Shown: positions 53,052 to 64,000, numbered from the stretch's first letter. The stretch: DNA of 64,000 nt from an uncultured Gammaproteobacteria bacterium (GCA_964566925.1 CAZMIZ010000001.1:7248-71247), one strand, 5' to 3'. Notes: generated by a model from the sequence alone, not told the origin. A program made the numbers and translations.

Positions 53052-53807
53052 CTATTCAAGTTTAGTGAGGGCTTTGCCTCCTTTATCAGTCACTAAAACC
53101 GTGTCTTCAAAAAGCCCCGCCTTTTCCCCATTAGCGGCGTTCACCGTCCAACCGTCTCGATCAAGGACCACCCCGGGTTTGCCCTGAATGTAAATAACCT
53201 CTATCGCCAACGTCATTCTTGAGGAAAGTCGAGGCGTTTCCTTAATTTCTCCTTCTAAAAAACAAGGGATCTGGGGCTCCTCGTGGAGTTTCTTGCCAAT
53301 CCCATGACCGGTTAAGGCCTTGACTGGACTGAAACCGCCTTTCCTGATTTCTCTTTCAATCGCTTTTGAAATATGACCTAAATGATTACCAGCTTTAGCG
53401 GCTTTAGTGGCTTCCTTTAAAGCCCTTTTGCCCACTTTAAGAAAGTTATCATCTTGAATCTGGTTACCCTGTATTTTTATTGTCCTGGCCATATCGGCGT
53501 GAAACCCTCGATAAAAGATCCCTACATCCACGCTAACCAGATCGCCATCTTTTACTTGGTATTCGTCAGGAATTCCGTGAACGACGCCCTCATTAATATT
53601 CAGACAAGTAGCCCAATGATAATTGGGAACCATTTTAAAAGATGGCTTTCCTTTTTGTTTTTTAATGAGCGACTCAGCTAAGCTATCAAGTTCTTTTAAA
53701 CTGACACCAGGCTTGATCTTTTTTAAAGTCTGAGCCAAAACCCAGGCTAAACGTTTACCACTCTCTCTCATTCGTTCAACCTCGGCCTTAGTCTTTATCG
53801 GAATCAT
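53052..53807 (-). CDS. map: Type I methionine aminopeptidase
   Basis: Pita-bread fold with conserved metal ligands (D..D..H..E..E pattern). Its operon position after adk is typical. Confidence 0.85.
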   Translation of the reverse strand: MIPIKTKAEVERMRESGKRLAWVLAQTLKKIKPGVSLKELDSLAESLIKKQKGKPSFKMVPNYHWATCLNINEGVVHGIPDEYQVKDGDLVSVDVGIFYRGFHADMARTIKIQGNQIQDDNFLKVGKRALKEATKAAKAGNHLGHISKAIEREIRKGGFSPVKALTGHGIGKKLHEEPQIPCFLEGEIKETPRLSSRMTLAIEVIYIQGKPGVVLDRDGWTVNAANGEKAGLFEDTVLVTDKGGKALTKLE

Positions 53808-54469
53808 TTCCCCGCCGCTTGATATTTTTTAATCCGATCCTTAATATCCTGATGGATTACCTCAATCGACCTCTCTCCGTCAACCTCTTCTAAAATTCCC
53901 TCTTTACGGACAGAATCAATTAGTGGCTGAGTTAATCGATAATAGATATCAAGTCTTCCCTTAATAAGCTGAGGGAAGTCGTCTTTCCGTTGAATCAATT
54001 TTCCCTGGCATCGATCACAAAGCCCCTCTTTTCTCGGCGGCTTAGTTACTAAGTTATATTCCAGATTACAACGAGGACAAATTCTCCTGGCTGACAATCT
54101 CTTAATGGAGGTGGTTCGACTTAGCTTTAAATAGATGACCAGATCAATCCCTTTCCCTTTTTTGGTTAATAGTCCCTGTAAATTTCGATACTGCTCTAGA
54201 TTTCTCGGATAGCCATCAAAAATAATTCCTTTTCCAAAATCGACTTTATTCAACCAATCAGCCACTATTTTCTTCATGATATTCTCAGGGACCAGTTTTC
54301 CTTCTTGATTTATAAACCGATTAATCTCTTGACCAAGAGAAGATTTTTCCTCGGCTTTTTCTCTTAGGACATCACCGATTTCTAAGTAATGACAGCCCAA
54401 TTTCTTTACTAAAAGTTTTGCTTGAGTTCCCTTACCTGATCCTTGAGGTCCTAAAAAAATTAAAATCAT
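53804..54469 (-). CDS. adk: Adenylate kinase (zinc-binding lid)
   Basis: P-loop [10 protein letters not shown]. Lid CPRC...CDRC. Confidence 0.85.
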   Translation of the reverse strand: MILIFLGPQGSGKGTQAKLLVKKLGCHYLEIGDVLREKAEEKSSLGQEINRFINQEGKLVPENIMKKIVADWLNKVDFGKGIIFDGYPRNLEQYRNLQGLLTKKGKGIDLVIYLKLSRTTSIKRLSARRICPRCNLEYNLVTKPPRKEGLCDRCQGKLIQRKDDFPQLIKGRLDIYYRLTQPLIDSVRKEGILEEVDGERSIEVIHQDIKDRIKKYQAAGK

Positions 54470-55752
54470 TTTAAGAATCCCTCATAGCTCCTCATAATCA
54501 TCATTGATTCAAGCTGTTTAGTCGTCTCTAAAACGACTGAAACCACAATTAAAATTCCAGTGCCGCCTAAGGTCATGGTCGCCACCCCAGTTAAGCTCTG
54601 GGCGATTGAAGGTAAAATCGCCACCAGACCGAGAAAAATGGCTCCAACTAGAGTAATCCGATTTAAAATCCGGTTTAAATATTCGGCTGTCGGCGGTCCG
54701 GGACGAATCCCAGGAATAAAACCGCCATGTTTTTTAATTTCGTCAGCAATTTTAACCGGATTAAAAACAACCGCGGTGTAAAAATAAGTAAACCCGACCA
54801 CCAAAAGAAAATAGGTTAGGTTATAAATCAGCCCCCCTGGATTAAACAGAGTAGCTAGGCCGGTGGCGAAACCGGCAATTGTTTGGTTGGGAACCGCTCG
54901 TAAAAAGTTGCCTACCATTGAAGGAAGCAAAATTAGAGAAATGGCAAAAATGATCGGGATTACCCCTGCCTGATTAAGACGTAAAGGGAGATAAGTATCA
55001 CGACCACCATAGATCCTTCGACCCCGAATCCTTTTGGCATAAGCTACCCTAACCTGACGAGTCGCCTCATTAACAACGACAATCGCGGCCACCACCGCCA
55101 AGGCCATTGTCGCAAAGACCGCTAAATTAAAAAGGTTTTCTGGCTCGAGAATAACTGCAGTTTGGCCAATAGAAACCGGGAAGCGGCCGACAATACCCGC
55201 AAAAATAAGCATCGAGATACCATTGCCAATTCCATTTTCGGTCATCAATTCTCCTAGCCACATCAGGAGAATCGTTCCGGCGCTCATGGTAGCCACCAAA
55301 CCCAAGAGGTTTAAAGGAGGGAGAGCAGAAATAATCTGTTGATTCTTTAAAAGAGCATACATCCCAATTGCTTGAACACAAGCTAGGGGAACAGTCACCC
55401 AACGAGTATATTGATTGATTTTCTCTCGGCCATATTCACCTTCTTTAGAAAGTTCCTCTAGGGCGGGGATAACCATCATTAAAAGCTGGAAAATGATTGA
55501 AGCATTAATGTAGGGGTTCAACCCTAAGGCCATAATAGAAAAATTGGCGAGAGTTCCACCAGAGAAAATATCTAAAAGCCCTAATAATTGATTACGGGCG
55601 AACAGCTCTTTCAGAGCAGTAATATCGACCCCGGGGACAGGAATATGGGCGGCGAAGCGAAAGACAACCAAAATCCCGGCGGTAAAAAAGAGCCTTCGCC
55701 GTAAATCGGGGATCTTAAAAGCGTTGAGAATGGTGGTAATGAACTGATTCAT
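54466..55752 (-). CDS. secY: Preprotein translocase subunit SecY
   Basis: 10-TM SecY topology and conserved plug/hinge segments. Confidence 0.9.
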   Translation of the reverse strand: MNQFITTILNAFKIPDLRRRLFFTAGILVVFRFAAHIPVPGVDITALKELFARNQLLGLLDIFSGGTLANFSIMALGLNPYINASIIFQLLMMVIPALEELSKEGEYGREKINQYTRWVTVPLACVQAIGMYALLKNQQIISALPPLNLLGLVATMSAGTILLMWLGELMTENGIGNGISMLIFAGIVGRFPVSIGQTAVILEPENLFNLAVFATMALAVVAAIVVVNEATRQVRVAYAKRIRGRRIYGGRDTYLPLRLNQAGVIPIIFAISLILLPSMVGNFLRAVPNQTIAGFATGLATLFNPGGLIYNLTYFLLVVGFTYFYTAVVFNPVKIADEIKKHGGFIPGIRPGPPTAEYLNRILNRITLVGAIFLGLVAILPSIAQSLTGVATMTLGGTGILIVVSVVLETTKQLESMMIMRSYEGFLK

Positions 55753-56309
55753 TGCTTCTTTTTAATCTTTTTAGTCTTTTTTTTAGGAACTACTTTATCG
55801 CTAGGTTTAGTGACTTTTTTACTCTTCGTTTCTGGTGCTTTTTTCTTCTTCTCTAATTTCTTAACCACTACTTTCCCGCCTGCCTTTTCTATTTTTTTAA
55901 CCGCCCCTTTTGAACAGGGCAGCTCCACCGTCAAGGGAACTTTCAATTCACCATCACCTAAAATCTTTACCCCAAACCTTTTCGCCTCTTTATCATCAAC
56001 GATTCTTTTTTTAACTAGCGCTTGAATATCCACGGTACTTTTTTTGGTCAAAAGATTAAGGAGGCGAACATTAACAATCAATGGACCCGAATTTAACGAT
56101 TTAAATCTACTTTTACCCCGTCTCAAGGGGAGCTTTTTTAAGAAAGATTTTTTAATTTTGGTCCCCTCGAAAGTGAGGGATACCTTGCTTCGCGCCTTGA
56201 AGCCTTTGGCCCCGCGACCAACAGTATGGCCACCTTTACCAGAACCGTAGCCACGCCCAGCGCGTTTCTTTTTTCTAGTAGCAGTTTTAGGTAATTTTTT
56301 AAGCTTCAT
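55749..56309 (-). CDS. rplO: 50S ribosomal protein L15 (with about 45-aa Lys-rich C-terminal tail). It directly follows rpsE with no L30 gene between
   Basis: [25 protein letters not shown] is the L15 N-terminus. Confidence 0.85.
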   Translation of the reverse strand: MKLKKLPKTATRKKKRAGRGYGSGKGGHTVGRGAKGFKARSKVSLTFEGTKIKKSFLKKLPLRRGKSRFKSLNSGPLIVNVRLLNLLTKKSTVDIQALVKKRIVDDKEAKRFGVKILGDGELKVPLTVELPCSKGAVKKIEKAGGKVVVKKLEKKKKAPETKSKKVTKPSDKVVPKKKTKKIKKKQ

Positions 56310-56797
56310 TTTTCTTTCCTTTCTTTCTTATTTTTCTTTTCTAAAGGTCTTAACTTTTTTAAAGCCTCAATTGTGGCATAAACATTGCTCGCCTGGTTAC
56401 TAGTGCCTAAAACCTTGGAAACAATGTCTCGAATACCAGCCGCGTCAACCACGGCTCGCACCGCCCCACCGGCAATAACTCCCGTTCCTGGCGGCGCTGG
56501 TTTCAGGATAATCTTTGCGGCTCCTTTTTTAACAAAAATTTCATGAGGAATAGTCCTTCCTCTCATTGGAACTCTGATAAGATTTTTCTTGGCCCGACTG
56601 ATGCCTTTTTTGATGGCTGAAACCACGTCTGGGGCTTTCCCCAAACCTACCCCTACCCGGCCTTTCCGATCACCGGCAACCATCAAAACCGAGAAACCAA
56701 TCCTGTTCCCCCCTTTGGTTTTCTTGGAAACACGGTTCACTTGAACTACTTTTTCCTCAAACTCTTTCTCTTCGTTTAGTGCTTGAGCTCTGAACAT
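56306..56797 (-). CDS. rpsE: 30S ribosomal protein S5
   Basis: S5 dsRBD and C-terminal domain motifs ([27 protein letters not shown]). Confidence 0.9.
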   Translation of the reverse strand: MFRAQALNEEKEFEEKVVQVNRVSKKTKGGNRIGFSVLMVAGDRKGRVGVGLGKAPDVVSAIKKGISRAKKNLIRVPMRGRTIPHEIFVKKGAAKIILKPAPPGTGVIAGGAVRAVVDAAGIRDIVSKVLGTSNQASNVYATIEALKKLRPLEKKNKKERKEK

Positions 56798-56813
56798 TTT
56801 TAGAAAACCTCCT

Positions 56814-57158
56814 TCAAAATTTAAGACCCGACTTTCTTGCCTCTTCGGCTAAAGCTTTAATCCGGCCATGGTAACGATATGAGCCACGATCAAAAATAAC
56901 TGTCTTAATACCTTTTTTGAGAGCTTTTTGGCCAAGTAAGCTACCAACTTCCTTTGCTTTTTCTGCTTTAGTCTTCCCTTCTAGTCCCTGATCAGTGACC
57001 GCCATCAAAGTCTCTCCTTTTTGGTCATCAATCAGTTGGGCATAAATTGCCTTATTAGAGCGGAAAACAGAAAGGCGGGGCCGGTTAGCCGTTCCTTTTA
57101 TCCGCGAACGGACCCTCATTTTCCTCTTTGCTTTGACATTTTTATATCGCTTAATCAT
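56814..57158 (-). CDS. rplR: 50S ribosomal protein L18
   Basis: [20 protein letters not shown] is the L18 core. Confidence 0.85.
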   Translation of the reverse strand: MIKRYKNVKAKRKMRVRSRIKGTANRPRLSVFRSNKAIYAQLIDDQKGETLMAVTDQGLEGKTKAEKAKEVGSLLGQKALKKGIKTVIFDRGSYRYHGRIKALAEEARKSGLKF

Positions 57159-57727
57159 GAACCTTCTCCTCCACCGGGAAGGCCAGCTCCTACTTTAGCG
57201 GCTTTGCCCGGCTTCCGCCTGATCTTTTCTCCATCATAACGAATTCCTTTTCCTTTATATGGTTCTGGTGGTCGGACTCTTCTTATTTGAGCCGCGATTT
57301 GACCAACCAAAACTTTATCAACCCCAGAAACAGTGATTTTATTATTGTCTTGGACGGCAAAGCTAATTCCTTCGACTGGCTCAATTCTTACGGGATGAGA
57401 AAAGCCAACAGTTAAAATCAGGCTCTCGTCTTCGAGTTTAGCTCGATAGCCAGTCCCATGCATTTCTAACCTTTTTTCCCAGCCTTGACTAACGCCTTTA
57501 ATCATGTTAGCCACTAAAGTTCGAGTTAAACCATGAAGTGATTTAGCCAGTTTAGTCTCTGCACTTCGAGAGACAAAAACTTGGCCATCTTCAATGGAAA
57601 TTTTTATTTCCGGCCGAATTACTTGAACCAGAGACCCTTTGGTCCCTTTAACTAGAACTTTTCCGTCTTTGATTTCAACAGAGACTTCCGGCGGAATTTT
57701 AATTGGTTGTCTGCCCACTCTACTCAT
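57155..57727 (-). CDS. rplF: 50S ribosomal protein L6
   Basis: MSRVGRQPIKIPPEVSVEI is the L6 N-terminus. The start is trimmed to ATG 57727. Confidence 0.9.
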   Translation of the reverse strand: MSRVGRQPIKIPPEVSVEIKDGKVLVKGTKGSLVQVIRPEIKISIEDGQVFVSRSAETKLAKSLHGLTRTLVANMIKGVSQGWEKRLEMHGTGYRAKLEDESLILTVGFSHPVRIEPVEGISFAVQDNNKITVSGVDKVLVGQIAAQIRRVRPPEPYKGKGIRYDGEKIRRKPGKAAKVGAGLPGGGEGS

Positions 57728-57731
57728 AAAT

Positions 57732-58124
57732 TCACCAAACACTACAAATAATTTCCCCGCCAAGATTTTCCTTCCTTGCTCGACGGTTAGTCATTAAACC
57801 TTGAGGGGTAGAAATAATGATAATTCCTAGTCCCGATAAAACTGAAGGGACTTTGTCGGCGCGAGAATAAATCCGTCTGCCTGGACGAGAAATCCGCTTT
57901 ATCCCCATCAAGGATGGTTCTTTTCCTTTATAACGGAGGGTGAGAATAATCTTTTTTTCCTTTCCCTTGCCTTCAATTTTCTTTTCTCCTAAATATTTCT
58001 CCGCCACTAAAATTTCGGCAATTTTTTCTTTTATTTTCGAATAAGGAACGGAAACGCTTCTTTGATGAACTTGGTAAGCATTCCTTATCCGGGTGCAAAA
58101 ATCAGCAATAGGGTCAGTCAACAT
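57732..58124 (-). CDS. rpsH: 30S ribosomal protein S8
   Basis: MLTDPIADFCTRIRNA is the S8 N-terminus. Confidence 0.9.
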   Translation of the reverse strand: MLTDPIADFCTRIRNAYQVHQRSVSVPYSKIKEKIAEILVAEKYLGEKKIEGKGKEKKIILTLRYKGKEPSLMGIKRISRPGRRIYSRADKVPSVLSGLGIIIISTPQGLMTNRRARKENLGGEIICSVW

Positions 58125-58139
58125 TTTTTCCTTTCAGGC

Positions 58140-58328
58140 CTACCAACTGGCCTTACTTACTCCTGGCAACTCCCCTTTATGGGCGCGTTCGCGAAAACAA
58201 AGCCGACAAAGTCCGAATAGTCTAATATAAGCCCGGGGTCGGCCACACAGAGAGCAACGATTGTGCCTCCTGGTTGAAAATTTCGGTTTTCTCTTATCTT
58301 TAATAATTTTTGCTCTTTTAGCCATCAA
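58140..58328 (-). CDS. rpsZ: 30S ribosomal protein S14 type Z (zinc-binding)
   Basis: 61 aa with CSLCGRP...CRLCFRE, two CxxC pairs. Confidence 0.85.
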   Translation of the reverse strand: MMAKRAKIIKDKRKPKFSTRRHNRCSLCGRPRAYIRLFGLCRLCFRERAHKGELPGVSKASW

Positions 58329-58874
58329 CTACTCCGTTTTTGTAAAAGGCATTCCCATTAACTCTAGCAATCTTTTTGCTTCTTTGTCTGAATTGGTACT
58401 AGTAACAATAGTAATCTCCAGTCCTCGAACCTTATCAATCTTAGCATAGTCTACCTCAGGAAAAACAATCTGTTCGGCTAAGCCCAAGCTGTAATTACCA
58501 TGGCCGTCAAAATTCTTTATTGGAAGCCCTTGAAAGTCGCGTAACCGAGGCAAGACAATCTTAAAAAGCTTTTCCAAAAAATCATACATTCTTCGTCCCC
58601 TTAAAGTAACCACCAGTCCGATCGGGTCACCAGCCCGGAGTTTAAAACCAGCAATTGACTGTTTAGCTCGAGCAATTTTTGGTTTTTGGCCGGTAATAAC
58701 TGCCAAGGTTTGACTGGGTGCCTTTAAAGACCCCTTATCACTGGCTCCTTCCTTAAGGCCAATATTGACAACCACCTTTTCCACTCGAGGAACAGAGAGA
58801 TGACTCTTAATCCCTAGTTCTTCTACCATTTGAGGGATAATTTCCTTTTGGAATTTCTTTTCTAAATTAGACAT
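58329..58874 (-). CDS. rplE: 50S ribosomal protein L5
   Basis: MSNLEKKFQKEIIPQMVEELGIKSHLSVPRVEKVVVNIG matches the L5 N-terminus. The start is trimmed to ATG 58874. Confidence 0.9.
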   Translation of the reverse strand: MSNLEKKFQKEIIPQMVEELGIKSHLSVPRVEKVVVNIGLKEGASDKGSLKAPSQTLAVITGQKPKIARAKQSIAGFKLRAGDPIGLVVTLRGRRMYDFLEKLFKIVLPRLRDFQGLPIKNFDGHGNYSLGLAEQIVFPEVDYAKIDKVRGLEITIVTSTNSDKEAKRLLELMGMPFTKTE

Positions 58875-58879
58875 TATCT

Positions 58880-59197
58880 TTAAATTACCTCCTGGCACTT
58901 TCGGCAAATTCGATATTTCTCCTTTTTGCCGGTATTTTTCCCAAGCTGAAAACCAACCCGTGTTTGTTTTTTACATTTCGGACATAAAAGGGCCACATTA
59001 GCCACCGGCAAAGGTTTAACTACATCGATAATTCCTCCAGGATTTTTCTCTCCTTGGGGCCGGACATGTTTCTTATAAATGTTCACTCCTGGAATCAAAA
59101 CCCTCCCCAGCCTAGGAAAAACTTTTTCAATCTTTCCCTGCTTGCCTCGATCTTTTCCGGCAATAATTTTAACGAGATCTCCCTTTTTAAGTTTCAT
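58880..59197 (-). CDS. rplX: 50S ribosomal protein L24
   Basis: KOW motif KKGDLVKIIAGKDRGKQGKI. Confidence 0.85.
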   Translation of the reverse strand: MKLKKGDLVKIIAGKDRGKQGKIEKVFPRLGRVLIPGVNIYKKHVRPQGEKNPGGIIDVVKPLPVANVALLCPKCKKQTRVGFQLGKNTGKKEKYRICRKCQEVI

Positions 59198-59214
59198 AAA
59201 ATAAACTCCGTTCT

Positions 59215-59583
59215 TTAGAGAACCTCTGATGCCAAAGAGGCTATCCTTGCATAACCTGCCTCTTTTATTTCCCGAGCAATCGGGCCAAAAATCCTGGTTC
59301 CTTTTGGGTTCCCATTTTTATCAATAATCACGGCGGCATTATCGTCAAAGCGAATGTAAGATCCGTCCTTTCTCTTTGTTTCCTTTTTGGTCCGGACGAT
59401 GACGGCTTTAACAATTTCCGAATCTTTAACCGTCCCATTTGGATCTACCTGATCAACTACTGCCGTCACAATATCGCCAAGATGTCCAAAACGTCGCTTT
59501 GAACCACCATGAACATGAATAACACGCAGGCGTTTTGCGCCGGCATTATCCGCTGGTTTTAAAATACTTCTTAGCTGAATCAT
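59215..59583 (-). CDS. rplN: 50S ribosomal protein L14
   Basis: [24 protein letters not shown] is the L14 N-terminus. Confidence 0.9.
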   Translation of the reverse strand: MIQLRSILKPADNAGAKRLRVIHVHGGSKRRFGHLGDIVTAVVDQVDPNGTVKDSEIVKAVIVRTKKETKRKDGSYIRFDDNAAVIIDKNGNPKGTRIFGPIAREIKEAGYARIASLASEVL

Positions 59584-59810
59584 TTTTTAATTATCTCAAT
59601 AATTTTCCATTTTTTCATTTTACTAATCGGCCTCACTTCGGCCAGCTTCACCCAATCACCTTCTTTTACCTTTAACTCATCATGGGCCTGGTATTTCTTG
59701 GTCTGTTTAACCCGTTTTTTATAAATTGGATGGGCTTTTTTGGTTTCGACGGCCACCACCGCCGTTTTTTCTGTTTTGGTCGAAACTACTTTACCAATAA
59801 GAATCTTCAT
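59580..59810 (-). CDS. rpsQ: 30S ribosomal protein S17
   Basis: OB-fold [17 protein letters not shown]. Confidence 0.85.
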   Translation of the reverse strand: MKILIGKVVSTKTEKTAVVAVETKKAHPIYKKRVKQTKKYQAHDELKVKEGDWVKLAEVRPISKMKKWKIIEIIKK

Positions 59811-60010
59811 GCTGATAACTCCTTCTCACGGATAATTGTTTTTATTCTGGCGATCTCGCGTCGTTTTTCTAAGAATCGACGATGATTTTTTGACTTCTTT
59901 TTTTCTTGTTCCATTCGTAAATGAACTAACCCTTCTTGGGCTTTACTTAGTAGGCCATTTAATTCTTTAATTGTCTTGGTGTGTAGTTCCTTAATATCTT
60001 TTCTTTTCAT
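59807..60010 (-). CDS. rpmC: 50S ribosomal protein L29
   Basis: A 66-aa helical protein in the conserved position between S17 and L16. Confidence 0.8.
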   Translation of the reverse strand: MKRKDIKELHTKTIKELNGLLSKAQEGLVHLRMEQEKKKSKNHRRFLEKRREIARIKTIIREKELSA

Positions 60011-60011
60011 T

Positions 60012-60419
60012 CTATTCTCGACTGATAAGTTTAGATTTGAATGGTAGTTTGGCGGCGGCCCGCTTCATTGCTTCAGTGGCAATTTCTTCAGAAACGCCTG
60101 CCAGTTCAAAAAGAATCCTGCCCGGAGTGACCACCGCGACATAACCCTCAATATCGCCTTTACCTTTCCCCATTTTTGCGCCGGCTGACTTGGCGGTCAC
60201 CGGTTTATCGGGGAAAACCCGTATCCAAACTTTCCCTGCCCGCTTAGTGTAATGAGTGATTGCCTTTCGAGCGGCCTCAATTTGACGAGCCGTTAACCAG
60301 CCTCGACCTAAACTTTTGAGACCGAAATCGCCAAAAGTAAGAACCGTTCCTCTCCCGGCTACTCCTTTCATTGAACCCCGAAAGGCTTTTCGATATTTCG
60401 ATTTTTTAGGTTGCAACAT
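60012..60419 (-). CDS. rplP: 50S ribosomal protein L16
   Basis: [15 protein letters not shown] is the L16 N-terminus. The start is trimmed to ATG 60419. Confidence 0.9.
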   Translation of the reverse strand: MLQPKKSKYRKAFRGSMKGVAGRGTVLTFGDFGLKSLGRGWLTARQIEAARKAITHYTKRAGKVWIRVFPDKPVTAKSAGAKMGKGKGDIEGYVAVVTPGRILFELAGVSEEIATEAMKRAAAKLPFKSKLISRE

Positions 60420-60421
60420 TT

Positions 60422-61057
60422 TTACTCCCGATAAATCCAAACCTTAATTCCAATATAGCCTGATTTAGTCAAGGTCGGCACCTGGGCATAATCAATTTCG
60501 GCCCGCAAAGTTTGGAGCGGGACTTTCCCTTCGGCAAACTTTTCAGTCCGAGCAATTTCGGCACCACCAATCCTTCCGGCAAGAGTAACTTTAATGCCGT
60601 TTGCCCCTGCTCCCATCACCCGCTCCATTGTTTTGGAAACCACCCGACGATGAGGTAACCGGCGCTCAAGCTGTTCAGCAATTCTCATGGCCACTAGCTG
60701 GGCTGATAATTCAGGCTTTTTTACCTCTACTGGGTTGATTTCTAAATTCTTTTCTGGTTCGGCAATTGAAACCCTTTGACAAAGTTCCTTTTTTAATTGT
60801 TCTAGGCCGGTTCCTCCTCGACCAATCACCACCCCTGGGCGGCTCACATAAATAGTTATTTTCATTTTATTAATCGACCGCTCAATCTGGACGCTGACAA
60901 TCCCTGCCAGTTTAAGCTTTTTCATCAAGAAACGTCTTATCTTGATATCCTCAAGTAAATTTTGGCGATATTTTTTCGGGTCGCTGGCGAACCACCGCGA
61001 CTGCCAATTCTTAACCTGACTTAACCTGAAGCCAAACGGATTAACTTTTTGTCCCAT
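60422..61057 (-). CDS. rpsC: 30S ribosomal protein S3
   Basis: [13 protein letters not shown]-terminus, followed by KH and S3-C domains. AAGGAG RBS. Overlaps the rplV 3' end by 17 nt. Confidence 0.9.
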   Translation of the reverse strand: MGQKVNPFGFRLSQVKNWQSRWFASDPKKYRQNLLEDIKIRRFLMKKLKLAGIVSVQIERSINKMKITIYVSRPGVVIGRGGTGLEQLKKELCQRVSIAEPEKNLEINPVEVKKPELSAQLVAMRIAEQLERRLPHRRVVSKTMERVMGAGANGIKVTLAGRIGGAEIARTEKFAEGKVPLQTLRAEIDYAQVPTLTKSGYIGIKVWIYRE

Positions 61058-61430
61058 TTTTACTCCTTTTACTTTTCTTCTCCGCTCCTTCTTTTTTCGA
61101 CTTTCCCTCAAGAACTATCCTGATATGACTAGTTCTTTTTAAAACCTGATGAGCCTGACCACGAGACGCGGCTCGCCAACGCTTAAAAACCGGCCCTTCA
61201 CCGATTTGAATCTCTTTAATAATCAGGTCTTCGCTTTTAAGCTTAAAGTTATTGACCGCATTGCCGATTCCCTGCCTTAAAGTATCTAGTAAAGGTTTAG
61301 CGGCGCTTTTATTCGTCGCTTTAAGGGTAATTATCGCCTCTTCCGGAGATAATTGCCGGATGCTGTCCGCTACCAAGCGAACTTTTCTTGGGGTCATCCT
61401 AATATAGTTTGATTTGGCCATTATTTTCAT
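61041..61430 (-). CDS. rplV: 50S ribosomal protein L22 (Lys-rich C-terminal tail)
   Basis: YIRMTPRKVRLVADSIR is the L22 N-terminal region. Confidence 0.85.
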   Translation of the reverse strand: MKIMAKSNYIRMTPRKVRLVADSIRQLSPEEAIITLKATNKSAAKPLLDTLRQGIGNAVNNFKLKSEDLIIKEIQIGEGPVFKRWRAASRGQAHQVLKRTSHIRIVLEGKSKKEGAEKKSKRSKNGTKS

Positions 61431-61441
61431 AAATCAGTCCC

Positions 61442-61726
61442 TTAAGTTTTAGCAATAATTCTCTTAACCACCTTACCGTGTCCTCGAAAAGTCCGAGTCG
61501 GAGCAAATTCTCCTAAGCGATGGCCTACCATTGATTCATTGACAAAAACATCAATAAACTTCCGGCCATTATGAACAGCAAAAGTATGGCCCACAAAATC
61601 AGGCGGGATCTGGCTTGCCCGCGCCCAAGTTTTAATCGGCTCTTTTTTCCCGACCGCCTTCTGAGCCATTACCTTCTTAAGTAATTTCTGGTCGATATAT
61701 GGTCCCTTTTTAGATGAGCGAGCCAT
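61442..61726 (-). CDS. rpsS: 30S ribosomal protein S19
   Basis: [19 protein letters not shown]...GHTFAVHNG is the S19 signature. Confidence 0.9.
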   Translation of the reverse strand: MARSSKKGPYIDQKLLKKVMAQKAVGKKEPIKTWARASQIPPDFVGHTFAVHNGRKFIDVFVNESMVGHRLGEFAPTRTFRGHGKVVKRIIAKT

Positions 61727-62553
61727 TATTTTCTCCTCTTAATAATCATTTTATCACTATATTTTTTCCGCTTCCTCGTTCTTTTGCCAAGAGTTTTTTT
61801 ACCCCATGGTGATTTAGGCGAAGGCATCCCAATCCCTGATCGGCCTTCTCCACCTCCATGAGGATGGGCTCCTGGGTGCATGGCGACTCCGCGAACCGAA
61901 GGGCGAAAACCTAAATGACGTTTTCGACCAGCCTTTCCTAATTTAACTACTTTAAGATCAACGTTGCCTGATTGGCCAATCGTCGCCCGACAATCAAGTT
62001 TAACCCTCCTTAACTCTCCAGAGGGTAGTTTTAAAGTAGCCAGACCGGCTTCTTTGGCACTAATGGTCACCGCCGCTCCAGCCCCGCGTGCCAGCTTCGC
62101 ACCTTTACCTGGTGTTAATTCAACATTGTGAATTGCTGTTCCGATCGGGATCTTTCTTAAAGGCAAGGCGTGACCCACTTTAAGCTCTGCCTTTAACCCA
62201 GAAATGACCTCATCCCCAACTTTTAGTCCGGTAGGGGCAATTATATAGCGCTTCTCGCCATCAGTATAAATTAAAAGAGCCACATTAGCTCCCCGATTAG
62301 GATCATATTCAATCGTCGTCACCTTGGCAGGAATATTATCTTTATCTCTTTTCCAATCGATTAAGCGCAAAAATCGTTTTTGCCTCCCGCCGCGATGCCG
62401 AGTGGTAATTTTCCCACTAGCGTTTCTACCGGCGCGCTTAGGCAAAATCCTGGTCAATCTTTTATTAGGCCTACTTCGAGTAGCCTGGCTAAAATCAAGG
62501 TAAGAGGTAAACCTCTGCCCCGCTGTTGTTGGTTTTCTTTTCTTGATGGCCAT
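61726..62553 (-). CDS. rplB: 50S ribosomal protein L2
   Basis: Conserved L2 C-terminal GGGEGR...H region. Confidence 0.9.
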   Translation of the reverse strand: MAIKKRKPTTAGQRFTSYLDFSQATRSRPNKRLTRILPKRAGRNASGKITTRHRGGRQKRFLRLIDWKRDKDNIPAKVTTIEYDPNRGANVALLIYTDGEKRYIIAPTGLKVGDEVISGLKAELKVGHALPLRKIPIGTAIHNVELTPGKGAKLARGAGAAVTISAKEAGLATLKLPSGELRRVKLDCRATIGQSGNVDLKVVKLGKAGRKRHLGFRPSVRGVAMHPGAHPHGGGEGRSGIGMPSPKSPWGKKTLGKRTRKRKKYSDKMIIKRRK

Positions 62554-62564
62554 TTTTCTCCTAT

Positions 62565-62864
62565 TTATTTCTCGGTTGGCAATTCAAAGGCGTCAATTTT
62601 TTGCTCAGGTGCCAGCCTCACGATTGCCTTTTTCCAGTCAGGGAGTTTAATTTCTTGACGAAACCGACCCACCCGGCGCTTCTTGCCATATATTTTTATT
62701 GTTCTTACCGAGCGAACGTCAACCTTAAAAAATTTCTCTACCGCCCGGGCAATCTCCTTTTTTGTGGCTCTCTTACGGACTTTAAAGGTATACTCGCCCC
62801 GCGTGGTTAGCGCCATTGATTTTTCCGTAATAACTGGTTGAATTAAAACTTGGGCCAGGTCCAT
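62565..62864 (-). CDS. rplW: 50S ribosomal protein L23
   Basis: [16 protein letters not shown] is the L23 N-terminus. The start is trimmed to ATG 62864. Confidence 0.85.
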   Translation of the reverse strand: MDLAQVLIQPVITEKSMALTTRGEYTFKVRKRATKKEIARAVEKFFKVDVRSVRTIKIYGKKRRVGRFRQEIKLPDWKKAIVRLAPEQKIDAFELPTEK

Positions 62865-62868
62865 GATT

Positions 62869-63507
62869 TTATCCTTTATCTTTGAGAAAGGTCTCTTTAA
62901 GTTTATCAATCGACTCTTTCATTAAAATTAAGGTACCGCCATTTAAGACCTGATAGGTATTCAGCAGACTAGCCTGAACTAAACTTACTCCTTTAATGTT
63001 CCTTGCTCCTAAGATAACGTTCTCGGTCTTTTCTGACAAAACTATGGTCAATTTCCCCTCTTTAGCCAATTTCTTTAAAACCTGAGCCATTTCCTTAGTT
63101 TTAGGTTTTACCTTCTCTAGCCCTTTTACCACTTTAATTTCATCGGTTTTCAGTTTACTGGTGAGGGCACTAAAAAGAGCGGCGCGGCGCATCTTTTTGG
63201 TTAACTTCAGTTTCCAATTCTCTTCTCCGGTGGGACCGTGAGCAACACCGCCACCAACAAAGATAGGCGCATAACGATCACCGTGGCGAGCCCGACCGGT
63301 GCCTTTTTGGCGCCAGATTTTACGTCGTGAACCCTTAACTTCACTTCGCCTTTTAGCTTTAGCTCGAGCCTTCCTCTGATTTGAAAGATAAACCCGAACC
63401 GCCTGGGCCATTAAATCTTTGTTTATTTTGGCATCAAAAATCTCTTTAGGCAGTTCAATCGAGCTAACTTTCTTGCCTTGAAGGTTTAAAACATTAACTT
63501 TGGGCAT
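62869..63507 (-). CDS. rplD: 50S ribosomal protein L4
   Basis: Its position between L3 and L23, and the motif [24 protein letters not shown]. Confidence 0.85.
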   Translation of the reverse strand: MPKVNVLNLQGKKVSSIELPKEIFDAKINKDLMAQAVRVYLSNQRKARAKAKRRSEVKGSRRKIWRQKGTGRARHGDRYAPIFVGGGVAHGPTGEENWKLKLTKKMRRAALFSALTSKLKTDEIKVVKGLEKVKPKTKEMAQVLKKLAKEGKLTIVLSEKTENVILGARNIKGVSLVQASLLNTYQVLNGGTLILMKESIDKLKETFLKDKG

Positions 63508-64000
63508 CTTTCTCTCCTTTGTCAGCCGGCTGGTTCGCTGAAGTTTCGGCGGAGGCGGGTTTTTTCTCTGTCTCTTCGGCTTTTTCTGCCTCTTTAAGTT
63601 TTTCAGCTGCTTCTTTTTCTTTGGCTAGCCGCGCTTTTCTTTCTTCTTCTGACTCCTTAATCTTTTTTTCTCCTTTTACCATTAAGGGAATAAACTTTTT
63701 CTCCTCACCTATTTTCTGAATAACTAAAAGGCTATTTCGCGGACCAGGCACTAATCCCTTAATTAAAAGTTCGTCTTTCTCTTCATCAACGGCAATAACC
63801 GTCAAATTACTAATGGTCACTCGATTTCCGCCTGAACGTCCGGCCATTTTTTTACCTGGAAAAACACGCCCGGGATCGGCTGACTGACCAATTGACCCAG
63901 GTGCCCGGGCTCGATCTGATTGTCCGTGAGTCCGAGGCCCCCCAGCGAAACCCCAGCGCTTCATCACGCCGGTAAAACCCCTTCCTTTAGAAGTCCCGGC
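63494..64000 (-). CDS. rplC: 50S ribosomal protein L3, C-terminal part (gene continues beyond the window end), with about 90-aa Lys/Glu/Ala-rich C-terminal extension
   Basis: The L3 core segment [22 protein letters not shown] is followed by a low-complexity KE-rich tail. The frame stays open to position 64000. Confidence 0.8.
   Translation of the reverse strand, partial: AGTSKGRGFTGVMKRWGFAGGPRTHGQSDRARAPGSIGQSADPGRVFPGKKMAGRSGGNRVTISNLTVIAVDEEKDELLIKGLVPGPRNSLLVIQKIGEEKKFIPLMVKGEKKIKESEEERKARLAKEKEAAEKLKEAEKAEETEKKPASAETSANQPADKGEKDAQS

Noticed and set aside
1-64000. CRISPR arrays, rRNA genes, integrase/transposase genes
   Set aside because: No regularly spaced direct repeats, no rRNA-like conserved blocks, and no DDE/tyrosine-recombinase motifs were seen in any frame. 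The only mobile-like signal is the GIY-YIG/tRNA structure.

Overview
This is a 64 kb genome fragment at roughly 40% GC. It uses the standard genetic code: TGA functions as a stop, for example in the overlap TATGCCTGA at 38809-38816. Genes are densely packed, mostly on the minus strand, with 4- to 8-nt overlaps typical of translational coupling.

The right third (48.9-64 kb, minus strand) is the canonical rplC-rplD-rplW-rplB-...-rpsE-rplO-secY-adk-map-infA-rpmJ-rpsM-rpsK-rpsD-rpoA-rplQ-rplM-rpsI ribosomal/translation cluster. No L30 gene lies between S5 and L15. Many of the ribosomal proteins carry Lys/Glu-rich tails, and the RNase P RNA is only about 275 nt. Together these point to a streamlined, probably CPR/Patescibacteria-like anaerobe.

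The left two thirds carry housekeeping genes: cca, secDF, recA-recX-rny, hup, miaA/miaB, uppP and a ComM-like ATPase. Accessory-looking modules are interspersed among them:
- A tRNA-Pro(GGG) gene is preceded by an exact partial duplicate of its 5' 47 nt, interrupted by a 20-nt GNRA hairpin. A small GIY-YIG (YhbQ-like) nuclease gene sits between the fragment and the intact tRNA.
- A seven-gene minus-strand cluster (20.3-25.5 kb) combines a DUF134 regulator, a NifX-like protein, a CDF::NifX-like fusion, two MinD-like 4Fe-4S ATPases, a thioredoxin::CcdA fusion and a YibE/F protein. A consensus sigma70 promoter sits upstream of it.
- A rubrerythrin, Cys-rich 40-aa peptide and desulfoferrodoxin trio forms an oxidative-stress islet.
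- A six-gene ABC-2 transporter operon has a wHTH-DUF43 (BpsA-like) gene embedded in it and translationally coupled.
- Several short ORFs and structured intergenic elements are absent from the ORF track.

No CRISPR arrays, rRNA genes or transposase/integrase genes were seen.
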